A DNA stretch of 64,000 nucleotides, taken from a virus. Its lineage: Duplodnaviria; Caudoviricetes. Location of the stretch: positions 1-64,000 of IMG/VR virus record IMGVR_UViG_3300009111_000005, one strand, 5' to 3'. The translations under genes were made by a program, and so were the position numbers. The notes under the pieces are model-generated. The model did no database searches and was not told the origin of the DNA. It saw nothing but the letters and a program-made list of their open reading frames with translations. Of the stretch, positions 53,798 through 62,070 are shown piece by piece (positions within the stretch are counted from its first letter, which is position 1; each line of letters opens with the position of its first letter).

Positions 53798-54646
53798 CTA
53801 CTCCGCGGCGGTTTGGTAGCCGAGGCGCTCCAGTGCATCGCCAAGGTCTTCATCAGTGGTGGCGCGTCGTCCCTTGTACGCACCGTATGCACCCCCACCG
53901 AGCGTGCCTGCGAGTCCACCGAGACCAAGGCCAAGTGCGCCACCGGTCTCTGCACGGCTTCCACCGTGGTGCAGACGGCTGAAGAAGCCACGCTCACCCT
54001 TGATGGCATCGATGAGCTTGCCGATGCCTGCACCGGTTAGGCCACCGAGCGCGGCGCCACCGAGTCCACCGCCGATCTGTCCGAGAAGTGCACCACCGCC
54101 TGCGCCTGCGCCGCCTGCGAAGCCTTGACCTTCGGGAGAGGAAAGACCCCCGACGAGAGCTGCGGGGATGGGCCCGAGTGCGCCTGCGATGGGCGTGGCG
54201 ATGTCAGCGCCTGCGGCGTGTTTGGCGCTGCCTTGTTTTGGCACATCCTCGAGAGCCATCTGTCGGCCCTTGTGTGCACCGTATGCACCACCACCCAGCG
54301 TACCGATGCCACCACCGAGGAGCGTACCCAGGAGCAGCGCTTTCTCGGGATCGACGTCAGCACCGAGTGCTTTGGCAAGTCGTCCGATTCCGTAGCCTGC
54401 GCCCGCGCCAAGACCTGCTCCACCGATTAGACCGCCCCAACCACCTGCGAGACTTCCAATGCCTGCGGCAGTGCCCGCTTCTGCGCGGTGACCTTTGGGT
54501 GCAGTGAGTCCACCCACTACGCCTGCACCCAAGGGCGTGACAGAACCAAGGAGCGGTGTGAGGATTTCGCCCTTCGCCATCTTCATGAAGTCCGCGTGTG
54601 CCGTGCGAGCGCCCATGTCGTAGGCCGTCTTGAGTTGGGGGTGCAT
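53798..54646 (-). CDS. two-module glycine-zipper protein
   Basis: two repeats ending GGGAYGA(H/Y)KGR, each preceded by KxA. Confidence 0.7.
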   Translation of the reverse strand: MHPQLKTAYDMGARTAHADFMKMAKGEILTPLLGSVTPLGAGVVGGLTAPKGHRAEAGTAAGIGSLAGGWGGLIGGAGLGAGAGYGIGRLAKALGADVDPEKALLLGTLLGGGIGTLGGGAYGAHKGRQMALEDVPKQGSAKHAAGADIATPIAGALGPIPAALVGGLSSPEGQGFAGGAGAGGGALLGQIGGGLGGAALGGLTGAGIGKLIDAIKGERGFFSRLHHGGSRAETGGALGLGLGGLAGTLGGGAYGAYKGRRATTDEDLGDALERLGYQTAAE

Positions 54647-54660
54647 GCGACTCTTTCCTT

Positions 54661-55317
54661 TCACGAAACGTTTGCGAGCCGTGCGATAGCGTTCGCTGGT
54701 GCAATGCTCGGTGCATCAAAGAACGCGTAGGGCACGACGCGGGGTCCGTCAATGTGGTTGAGTGCGGTAAGCACGTCATCTTGGAGATGGTCTGCGACGC
54801 GCATCAGGGATCGTTTATCCCACGTACCGAAACGTTGGGTATTGCTCATGCGTGTGCGTACCCACGCCATGGACCCCATCGCAGATGCGAATTCAGTTCC
54901 GCTCGCCGCAGCCGCATTGAAGAGGTTCGTGGTGTTGGTCAAACCGAGAATCCAGACGAGGCGCACAGCGCACCAGAAGTCCCACGAAGGTGAAGTCCAC
55001 CATGAAGAAAACGCGGTCTTGATTTGCTGTGCGTGCTGATTCGTGATGAGCGTCCACACGTAGATGTTGGTCGTAGGATCTTTGAGTGCTGTTTCGTTGT
55101 ACTTGACACGTGTCGCGTCACGAAGAGGTACTTGCATCAAACCGACAGGTCGGCGACGCAGATCGCGAGTACGGGGGTCAATGTCTCCATTCGACTCGGC
55201 GACCATGTGCACGATGGCCAGTCCCATCGGAATGGGTCCACGGAAGCGATTGATCACTTCCCGCCACTTGGCCTCGAGCAGGCGCAGACGCGCCAATGTT
55301 ACCTGGTAAAACGTCAT
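54661..55317 (-). CDS. lytic transglycosylase (SLT/lysozyme-like)
   Basis: AESNG (catalytic Glu)...GLMQV. Confidence 0.75.
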   Translation of the reverse strand: MTFYQVTLARLRLLEAKWREVINRFRGPIPMGLAIVHMVAESNGDIDPRTRDLRRRPVGLMQVPLRDATRVKYNETALKDPTTNIYVWTLITNQHAQQIKTAFSSWWTSPSWDFWCAVRLVWILGLTNTTNLFNAAAASGTEFASAMGSMAWVRTRMSNTQRFGTWDKRSLMRVADHLQDDVLTALNHIDGPRVVPYAFFDAPSIAPANAIARLANVS

Positions 55318-55739
55318 TTGCTGCGCGCGATTTGTCCCAGCGTGCGGATGATGCTGACGCTGCTCGTTTTCACTGCTTCTTCGACGCCTGGAACGTATCC
55401 GTGCCCAACAGTTTCGCCGGGGTGCAACAGCGATTCGTAGCGTTTGCCTTTTCGTCCCAGCATGTCGAGTTCCCAACTTCCTGCGGGAGCTACGAATGGT
55501 TTGGGACCAGCACCACGTAGTGCTTGGCCTATGCGTCGGCCAGCACCTCGAAGCAGCATCGCACCGGTAAGGCCGCCAGCAACCAGTCCAGCTGGCAGCA
55601 ACCAGTTCGAAGACTGGGATGTGGGTTCCGTAGGCGTGACGCCTGGCAGATACCCGAGTTGCCCGAGGTCCGGGTTGTCGAGGGCCTGTTCGTAGCCCCC
55701 GTAATCGTATTGCGACGGCATCTGTGCGGTCTTGGTCAT
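55314..55739 (-). CDS. glycine-zipper-containing protein
   Basis: begins MTKTA; GLVAGGLTGA. Confidence 0.55.
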   Translation of the reverse strand: MTKTAQMPSQYDYGGYEQALDNPDLGQLGYLPGVTPTEPTSQSSNWLLPAGLVAGGLTGAMLLRGAGRRIGQALRGAGPKPFVAPAGSWELDMLGRKGKRYESLLHPGETVGHGYVPGVEEAVKTSSVSIIRTLGQIARSK

Positions 55740-55756
55740 CCCGAATTTCCTGCTGC

Positions 55757-55765
55757 AATTATAGG
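55757..55765 (-). promoter_or_regulatory. putative late promoter CCTATAATT
   Basis: identical 9-mer also at 61763-61771, both just upstream of minus-strand structural genes. Confidence 0.45.
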
Positions 55766-55773
55766 CGATTACC

Positions 55774-57543
55774 CTACGGATCGAAAGGCACGTTGGCTGT
55801 GCTATTCGAGGCGTCGACAGGGTTCATCTGATCGTCGAAGGTCTTCTTGCTGACGGTGCTTTCAGGGGGTGTCCCTGGTTTCATGTCGTCGCCAAAGACA
55901 GTGTCTTCCAGAGAACTCAACAGGTTGTCGATGCTGTCGAGAGCGTCTTCGAAGGGTGTATTCCCTGAGCCCGCACCGAAGATGAGTTCGAGTAGTGCTT
56001 TGGTGGATGCGAACTCTGCGGGGTTGGGTGCACCGAGCAGTAGCACGATGCCAGCGGTAAAGCCCGTACGGAAGAAGGGTGGTGCGGTGTCGTCGCTGGT
56101 GTCCGTGAGGCGAGTAGTCAGTGTGCGCAGAAAGGTGTCTACGCCACCGCTCGCTTCATCGATGGATGTCACATAAATACCCGCGGCAGGCAACGATAGA
56201 AGCGTGGAGAGCTTCGCGACTTTTGCATTGATCTCGTCTGCGAAATCTTGATAGCGCGTGAGTTCAGCGGTGAGAAATTTGATGTAGCTCTGGAGAGCTG
56301 CGTTGGCACCCAACGTGAAATCACCGAGGGAAGCAATACGCGCTTGTAACATGGCCATGAAGAACTTCAGATCAGGAATGAGATCGAGCACACTGGGGTG
56401 AGAAATCCAGTCGGGCTTCACGCCCCCGCGCGTCGAAGGTAACGTGGTTTCTATCCGTGCACTGACAACGTTGCTGATCTGCGTGTACTTTTGAAGCGTG
56501 TACTCCGGTTCCTTTTTGCCTTGTGGGTCTTCTGCAAGCGAATACCGAAACGCGACGGTGTAGTAGTACGTGGTGTCTTTGACCAGTGAAGCGTCGTCGT
56601 CGATATACGCGTTGATCACACCGTTGAAGCGAAACTGTTTGATGAGTACGGTCTTCTTATCCGCAGATGTGAGGGCGTTGCTGACTTCCGTTTGTTCACG
56701 GGTCAACTCGGCGGGTTGAGAGCCCCCAAAGATTGCCGTCCAGTCTTTCGCATTCATGATCTCGTCATTCGTAGATCGAATGACCGCAACTTCTTCAAGA
56801 CGAATGCGTGCACCGTCAAATTCAGCAAGGACTTGCAGCGTCGGTGGATTGCCCCACTTCAACTGCATCCCTACACGTACCGAGTTTGGTGCTGCGATGG
56901 GTGTTACGCTCAAATCTTGTGGTGTTTTGGTGATGGTGTTGGGGATGAGTGGATTGCCCTTCAGAGCGGTTCCGAGCAGGCCTTGGATGGCACGCAAGAG
57001 GTCGTAGACACCCACGACCGATTGGGCACCACAGAGAATGACTGTGGCGTGTATAGCTTCGGTTTCACCATACCTGGGTGCGTTGGGATCATCGGGATCG
57101 TAGGTTGCTTCGATGACTGTACGTCCGAAACCTTCGTTGCCTTGGTCGTAGTGCCCTACACGTTCGAGCGCCTGTTGAAGCGCGGTCTTGGTTTCGTCAC
57201 TGATCGTTTCATCGATGACCCATGAGTCTTCTTCATGAGGCATCGTGAGAGGATCCGCCATGTTGTCAGGCAACCGTTTGCGCAACGGCACCACGAGCAT
57301 ATGCAGCCGGGCATCGACCTTGATGTACTTGTTGAGCAGTTCTTCGAGAATGGCCAAGGCAGCCTTGATCGCGAGCGCTTGAGGGTTCAACAGGTCGATG
57401 GCAAGCGCAGAAATGATCTGAAGGATGCTTTTTTGAATGCTGATGAGTGTGGCGATGGTGCTCGTGACAGTAGCGATCCCCGACGCAACTTGTTTGAGGG
57501 GTTCCAGGGGGGCTTTGATCGAAAGGTTTGTCCAGTTGCCCAT
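55774..57543 (-). CDS. putative baseplate/tail-associated protein
   Basis: 589-aa ORF in structural region; FN3-like YYYTVA segment. Confidence 0.55.
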   Translation of the reverse strand: MGNWTNLSIKAPLEPLKQVASGIATVTSTIATLISIQKSILQIISALAIDLLNPQALAIKAALAILEELLNKYIKVDARLHMLVVPLRKRLPDNMADPLTMPHEEDSWVIDETISDETKTALQQALERVGHYDQGNEGFGRTVIEATYDPDDPNAPRYGETEAIHATVILCGAQSVVGVYDLLRAIQGLLGTALKGNPLIPNTITKTPQDLSVTPIAAPNSVRVGMQLKWGNPPTLQVLAEFDGARIRLEEVAVIRSTNDEIMNAKDWTAIFGGSQPAELTREQTEVSNALTSADKKTVLIKQFRFNGVINAYIDDDASLVKDTTYYYTVAFRYSLAEDPQGKKEPEYTLQKYTQISNVVSARIETTLPSTRGGVKPDWISHPSVLDLIPDLKFFMAMLQARIASLGDFTLGANAALQSYIKFLTAELTRYQDFADEINAKVAKLSTLLSLPAAGIYVTSIDEASGGVDTFLRTLTTRLTDTSDDTAPPFFRTGFTAGIVLLLGAPNPAEFASTKALLELIFGAGSGNTPFEDALDSIDNLLSSLEDTVFGDDMKPGTPPESTVSKKTFDDQMNPVDASNSTANVPFDP

Positions 57544-57767
57544 CAGAGGTCCTTCAGCGCCTTACGCGCTTCGCTGAATACGCTTTTCATTTGTTCAAGT
57601 TGGGCTTTTCCGTCGGGGTGTTTTTGCAGTGCGGGTACATGGATTTGTACCATGCGTTCCAAACCCGCGAGACGTTGCGCTACAACGAGTCGTTGGGCTC
57701 GCAATACGAGCTTGGAAAGGCGTTCAACGAGTCGATGTGCCCCCTCGAGTGGCTGCCATTGTCCCAT
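57543..57767 (-). CDS. small hypothetical protein
   Basis: TGATG coupling to the next gene. Confidence 0.55.
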   Translation of the reverse strand: MGQWQPLEGAHRLVERLSKLVLRAQRLVVAQRLAGLERMVQIHVPALQKHPDGKAQLEQMKSVFSEARKALKDL

Positions 57768-57783
57768 GGCCCAGTCTACCTTA

Positions 57784-57810
57784 AAAAAAGGGCGTTCGTC
57801 CTGGTATAAG
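57784..57810 (+). promoter_or_regulatory. putative phage promoter AAAAA-N14-GGTATAAG
   Basis: motif copy. Confidence 0.6.
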
Positions 57811-57930
57811 AATATGTTCCCCTAGAGCCATAGTTCCAAGAAACGTCTTGTGGCGTGACTTGGAGGCTACGCGAGCCAGCGCGTGGGAGCAAACCTGGTA
57901 GTGGCCTCTTCCACGCAAGGAGGATACCCA

Positions 57931-58134
57931 ATGCTGTTCAAGAAGAAGCCGCCGCGCTATGCCGGTCTCCGCGCTGCCGCGGGGACGGTGGCAGTTGGGG
58001 CGCTTCTCGAGGTGGGTGCGCTGTTCGTGCGCGCCGTCTCGGAGGCGTACCACAACTGGTCGGAGCGGAAGGCGCTCGAGCGCGCCAGCCGCAAGGCCGC
58101 CACCGCGCAGCCGCAGTACCGCGCCAACGTGTAG
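57931..58134 (+). CDS. small membrane-segment protein
   Basis: AAGGAGG RBS; strong GC3 bias. Confidence 0.65.
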   Translation: MLFKKKPPRYAGLRAAAGTVAVGALLEVGALFVRAVSEAYHNWSERKALERASRKAATAQPQYRANV

Positions 58135-58234
58135 TTCCACGGCGCAGTCCCCGCCCGTTCTGGGCAAAGCAGTACAACTCCAAACTAAAAGCCCGGGGGT
58201 TCTCCCTGTGCTTTTACGTGAAAGGAGGTTCGTG

Positions 58235-58705
58235 ATGCGTTGGGGGTACGTATTGGGGGCGCTTGGACTCGCTGTCGGTGCAGCCATCTTGAGTGCATTG
58301 GCACAAGGCGAGGAAGAGCGCCGAGAAGAACGTAAGGTCCGACGGCAGAAGCGTTGGGAAGAAAAACGATCCGCTGTTGTACTTGCGGAGAAGCGTGCGT
58401 ATGACGCGCAGATGCGTGTGTACGACGAGGGCCAGAAAGAACAGGCTCTCATCGAGAAGTACGCGTCGGCGAGGTCGTACTGGCAGGCGGCAGTGGGTGA
58501 TGGGAAGTATTACAACTTCACTCCTGTCGGCACACCGGCGGATGACGTCATTGCCGCAGAAGTACTCGAAGTCCTCGACAAAGGTTTGCGTGTTGAGGAT
58601 GAGAACGGTGTGCGACACTTCATCTCCTTCGAGGGCACGAAGATGGCCCTGGAAGAAGTGGAAGAGTCCGAAGAAGAAGGTCCTCCCGCCCCACCAGTTC
58701 CCTGA
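58235..58705 (+). CDS. single-TM protein
   Basis: AAAGGAGG RBS; N-terminal hydrophobic helix. Confidence 0.65.
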   Translation: MRWGYVLGALGLAVGAAILSALAQGEEERREERKVRRQKRWEEKRSAVVLAEKRAYDAQMRVYDEGQKEQALIEKYASARSYWQAAVGDGKYYNFTPVGTPADDVIAAEVLEVLDKGLRVEDENGVRHFISFEGTKMALEEVEESEEEGPPAPPVP

Positions 58706-58781
58706 CGCTTCGGCGTCGGCTTCGTCAGTCCTTGACGAAGCCTTTCCCTTTAGGGTCAGATAGACCCATTAACCAGGAGTC

Positions 58782-59198
58782 GTGTTGGACGACATCGATA
58801 TTCGACCAGTGATGGTCGATCAACTTACGCAGTTCGCGTCCCAGGATCTCGCAGCACGTTTAACGCGCATCGAGACCCTTCTTCAGACCTATCTTCTGCG
58901 TCGTGCAGACGCAGATGAGAATCTTCGACGTCTCAACGAACTCTGTTCGTTCCTCGAAGCCGAGAAGGCAAAGGTGGAGCTTGCCCAGCGGCTTCAGACC
59001 GGCGATGTTGTACGGGTCGTGTGCCCGGACTGTCGGGGTAGCGGGCTCAAACCGACGGATGTCACGAGTGGCCGCATACAGACAGGTTCAGCATTCGAAT
59101 CAGTACGCGCACCGGTACAGCCCGAGAATGATCCACGGCTCCAATGCGGGAAGTGTGAGGGTAAAAAGTGGATCATCATGGAGCGTTATCGAGGATAA
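58782..59198 (+). CDS. coiled-coil plus DnaJ-type Zn-finger protein
   Basis: CPDCRGSG...CGKCEG. Confidence 0.65.
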   Translation: MLDDIDIRPVMVDQLTQFASQDLAARLTRIETLLQTYLLRRADADENLRRLNELCSFLEAEKAKVELAQRLQTGDVVRVVCPDCRGSGLKPTDVTSGRIQTGSAFESVRAPVQPENDPRLQCGKCEGKKWIIMERYRG

Positions 59199-59320
59199 CA
59201 CCCTCATGCTCCCGCATATATTACCCGGTAAAGTGAGGGGCGGTGTGCCCGGGGACGAGCCCCGCCTTATTTAGCCAAGACAACCTCTTTTTCTGGTATC
59301 AGAAAATAGGAGGTATTTCT

Positions 59321-59644
59321 ATGTTCAAGGTTCTACTACAACAGTTAGGCCTTGAGTACTGTGGACGCATCAAAGGTATCCCCACCTTTGTTGCTAAAAC
59401 ACCGAAAGCTCGTCGTGTTCTTTTCGGGGATGGTACGCTCGCATTTGTGCTGAATCACGCTATTTTCTACCGATCTACGTATGTCATGAAAAATCGAAAG
59501 GTGCGGGCGCACGAGCGAGAGCACATCGAACAACGTCGGATATGTGGTCCGATTCTGTTCGAATTGCTCTACCTGATGATGCATTGTTTGAAGGGTTATG
59601 ACGAGAATCCCTTCGAGAAGGCCGCTTGCGATGCAGAGATTTAG
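59321..59644 (+). CDS. small HExxH zinc-metallopeptidase-like protein
   Basis: AHEREH..Q...NPFEK.A; AGGAGG RBS. Confidence 0.6.
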   Translation: MFKVLLQQLGLEYCGRIKGIPTFVAKTPKARRVLFGDGTLAFVLNHAIFYRSTYVMKNRKVRAHEREHIEQRRICGPILFELLYLMMHCLKGYDENPFEKAACDAEI

Positions 59645-60858
59645 TCTTGCTTAATCAGACGTTCGATACCCTTTGCTCCCAGATAGGTGGCTGCGCCACC
59701 AGCGAGAGCAAGGGGTATCGTACGTCTGGTAATGTTACGGAACTTTTTTAAGTCCGCAGGTTCTTTCGCGCCGAGATATTCTACAAACTGTTTGAAGGGA
59801 CGGAAGGCATTGTAACCTTCTCGTTTTGCAGTTTGCAGAGCAGGTGTACTCAGCGTTTTTCCTTGTTGTGTAGCTTGTTGTTGTGCACGTCGTATCGCCA
59901 GACGCTGGCTGATTGTACGTCCTAGAGCTGGTGCTGCAATAGCGCCTATGGGCACTGCTGCAAGAGCCGGATCTTCCGAAATGCCATAGGCAGCAGCACC
60001 GAGGCCAAGACCTAGTCCTGCACGTGCACCTAGACCCAGCAGTTTAGTTGTTCGTGGAGAAAAACGTGGTTTGGATGCGACACGTGCTGCAATTGCTTCG
60101 TAGGGTGATCCCTCACGCAGGTAATCAGCCGTGAGCACATGTTTGGCGGGTTTGCCTTTGACAACATCCGTGCCTGTCACGAGTTTTTGTGATTGTGCGG
60201 GAAGTGTAGAGCAAACATTGCCACTACACACGGGTTGACCAAGATTCTCCAGACCTGGAATCTTTGGGACGAAGATATCGCGAAGGAGTGCTTCAACACC
60301 TCGACGAGGCGCATAGGGAGTTTTAGCACGTTCCAGTAAGGTCTGTTGTAACTCTCGTATTTGTTCGGGTGACATTCCTTCACGAGGACGAAGGAGTACT
60401 ACGTCACGATAGCCCTCACGAATGAGACCGCCACGCAATTCTTCCAGTTTGCGTTTGAGTCCTGTCGTGGTCATCCGTTGGTATTCCGGCTCAGCTAATT
60501 CTCCCGCTGTTACGGCTGTTGCAGCATTTCCCCGACGAGCTACAACGGGAAAGGAGTGATAGAACTCTGTACCGGTGACAGGTGATTGAAAGAGTTTCCA
60601 ACCGGACCAACGAGGTTCTGTGGTGGCGATGACATCTCCCGGACGTGCCATTTGAGAGATGTCTCTTAGATTTCTGCGGGGGATTGTTTCGTTGGTGAAA
60701 GGATCTTGCGTGATCGCTTTTTGTCCGATAAGCCCTGCAAAGGGAGAGACGGCTGCTGCACCTACACCTACGTTGCGTAGTGTGTGGTCTTCTTCGGGGG
60801 CAAGACCCAGTGTTTTAAGGGTCTGGGATACACCCAGTTTGTAGAAGACACCGGGCAT
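59641..60858 (-). CDS. permuted papain-like (YiiX/YaeF-type) amidase domain with glycine-zipper segments
   Basis: PGDVI...H...LLRP...Y...VCS order; N-terminal FYKLG...TLGL. Confidence 0.6.
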   Translation of the reverse strand: MPGVFYKLGVSQTLKTLGLAPEEDHTLRNVGVGAAAVSPFAGLIGQKAITQDPFTNETIPRRNLRDISQMARPGDVIATTEPRWSGWKLFQSPVTGTEFYHSFPVVARRGNAATAVTAGELAEPEYQRMTTTGLKRKLEELRGGLIREGYRDVVLLRPREGMSPEQIRELQQTLLERAKTPYAPRRGVEALLRDIFVPKIPGLENLGQPVCSGNVCSTLPAQSQKLVTGTDVVKGKPAKHVLTADYLREGSPYEAIAARVASKPRFSPRTTKLLGLGARAGLGLGLGAAAYGISEDPALAAVPIGAIAAPALGRTISQRLAIRRAQQQATQQGKTLSTPALQTAKREGYNAFRPFKQFVEYLGAKEPADLKKFRNITRRTIPLALAGGAATYLGAKGIERLIKQD

Positions 60859-60873
60859 GTCCCTCACGCTGAA

Positions 60874-61722
60874 TTACGCGACGACAGGCACCGCCAGCCG
60901 GGTGATGTGCGGTCCATTGCGGTACTCGAGCGGCACGATACGGCTGGCCGCCGAGATCCCGGTCGGGATGTCGAAGGTGAGCTGCGTGTTGGTGACTTCG
61001 CTCAGCACACACGCGGTGCCATCGAGGACCAGGCTGACGCCGGGGCCAACGCCGCCTGCGAGCTTCACAGCCGGAACCGCCGCGGTGAAGCTGCCTGCGG
61101 TGACCACGGTGGCCTGGACCAGAAGCTTGGCGCTCGGATCGGCGTTGATGACACCGATGATGTTGGCGGCGGTATCACCACCAGCCAGCGGCGTCACGGT
61201 GATGGCGCTGCCCACGACGGCGACGACAGTTGCACCACCTGCGGGAGTCGCGATGGCGAGAGTGATGTCGTTGCCCGGTGCGCCTGGCAGCGTGGCTGCG
61301 AGGCCGATCTTCGCGGTGCCAGCTGCGTTCTGAATCGAACCCGTGGCCGCGACCTGGTTGCCCAGCAGTCCGGTGCCGGTGGCGACAACGTTTGTGCCAC
61401 CACCCCCAGTGCTGTAGCTGGCTGCACGAAGCTCGTTCAGCGCGGGCAGTCCTGCGAGACCTTCGGGCATCCCGCGACCATCGAGCGTGGCGTCGGTCAG
61501 TACGGTCCAACGTACTCCGATGACGACGGTGGTGCCGAGGGAATCCATGACCGGTGTCTCGTAGGCTTTGAGCTGTGGCTCGATGCGCTCGAGGAGGTCA
61601 CGTGAGATGTTCTTGGTTGCGGTGACACCAGAAGCCACATCCATCACGAAGTCGGTATACCCTTGCGGGTCTTTGATGGTGATGCTGGCCTGACCGATGT
61701 TCTGCACTTGAAGCTTCAACAT
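60874..61722 (-). CDS. putative virion structural protein (beta-rich, Ig-like C-terminus)
   Basis: GGAGG RBS; Ala/Thr/Gly/Val-rich. Confidence 0.6.
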   Translation of the reverse strand: MLKLQVQNIGQASITIKDPQGYTDFVMDVASGVTATKNISRDLLERIEPQLKAYETPVMDSLGTTVVIGVRWTVLTDATLDGRGMPEGLAGLPALNELRAASYSTGGGGTNVVATGTGLLGNQVAATGSIQNAAGTAKIGLAATLPGAPGNDITLAIATPAGGATVVAVVGSAITVTPLAGGDTAANIIGVINADPSAKLLVQATVVTAGSFTAAVPAVKLAGGVGPGVSLVLDGTACVLSEVTNTQLTFDIPTGISAASRIVPLEYRNGPHITRLAVPVVA

Positions 61723-61762
61723 TGCATCCTCCACAGAAGTGGGAGTCCTTGATTTCCAGACG

Positions 61763-61792
61763 AATTATAGGGTAGGTGACTGGTTCTCACAA
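61763..61792 (-). promoter_or_regulatory. promoter TTGTGA-N17-TATAAT (CCTATAATT motif)
   Basis: minus-strand -35/-10 with 17-nt spacer upstream of 61722. Confidence 0.5.
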
Positions 61793-62030
61793 GGCCGTTG
61801 ACGAGCCTTGCGCGGGCATTGCAAAATGGGTGTACCTGGGACGACTGGGACCAGGGGCGGTTCAAAGACCACGAAGACAGCCTGCGGCGAACCTTCGGGA
61901 TCAAGGCACGTTGTCACCCAGCCCCGGAGGACACGGGTGAGACGCGTAGCGACTCATGCGTGTTCGACACTGGTTCCAATGCGTGGTCTGGGGACGCGGA
62001 ACCGGGTCAATGCCCACGAGGCAGGCCTTT
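61790..62030. ncRNA. candidate structured ncRNA (~240 nt)
   Basis: terminal pairing AAGGCC/GGCCTT and GGGCATTG/CAATGCCC; internal hairpins; no credible ORF. Confidence 0.4.
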
Positions 62031-62036
62031 GGCCAG

Positions 62037-62065
62037 GAAAAGCCCTCCAGTCCGGGGGGCTTTTC
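62037..62065. terminator. bidirectional intrinsic terminator
   Basis: GAAAAGCCCTCC/GGGGGGCTTTTC. Confidence 0.7.
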
Positions 62066-62070
62066 ACTAT

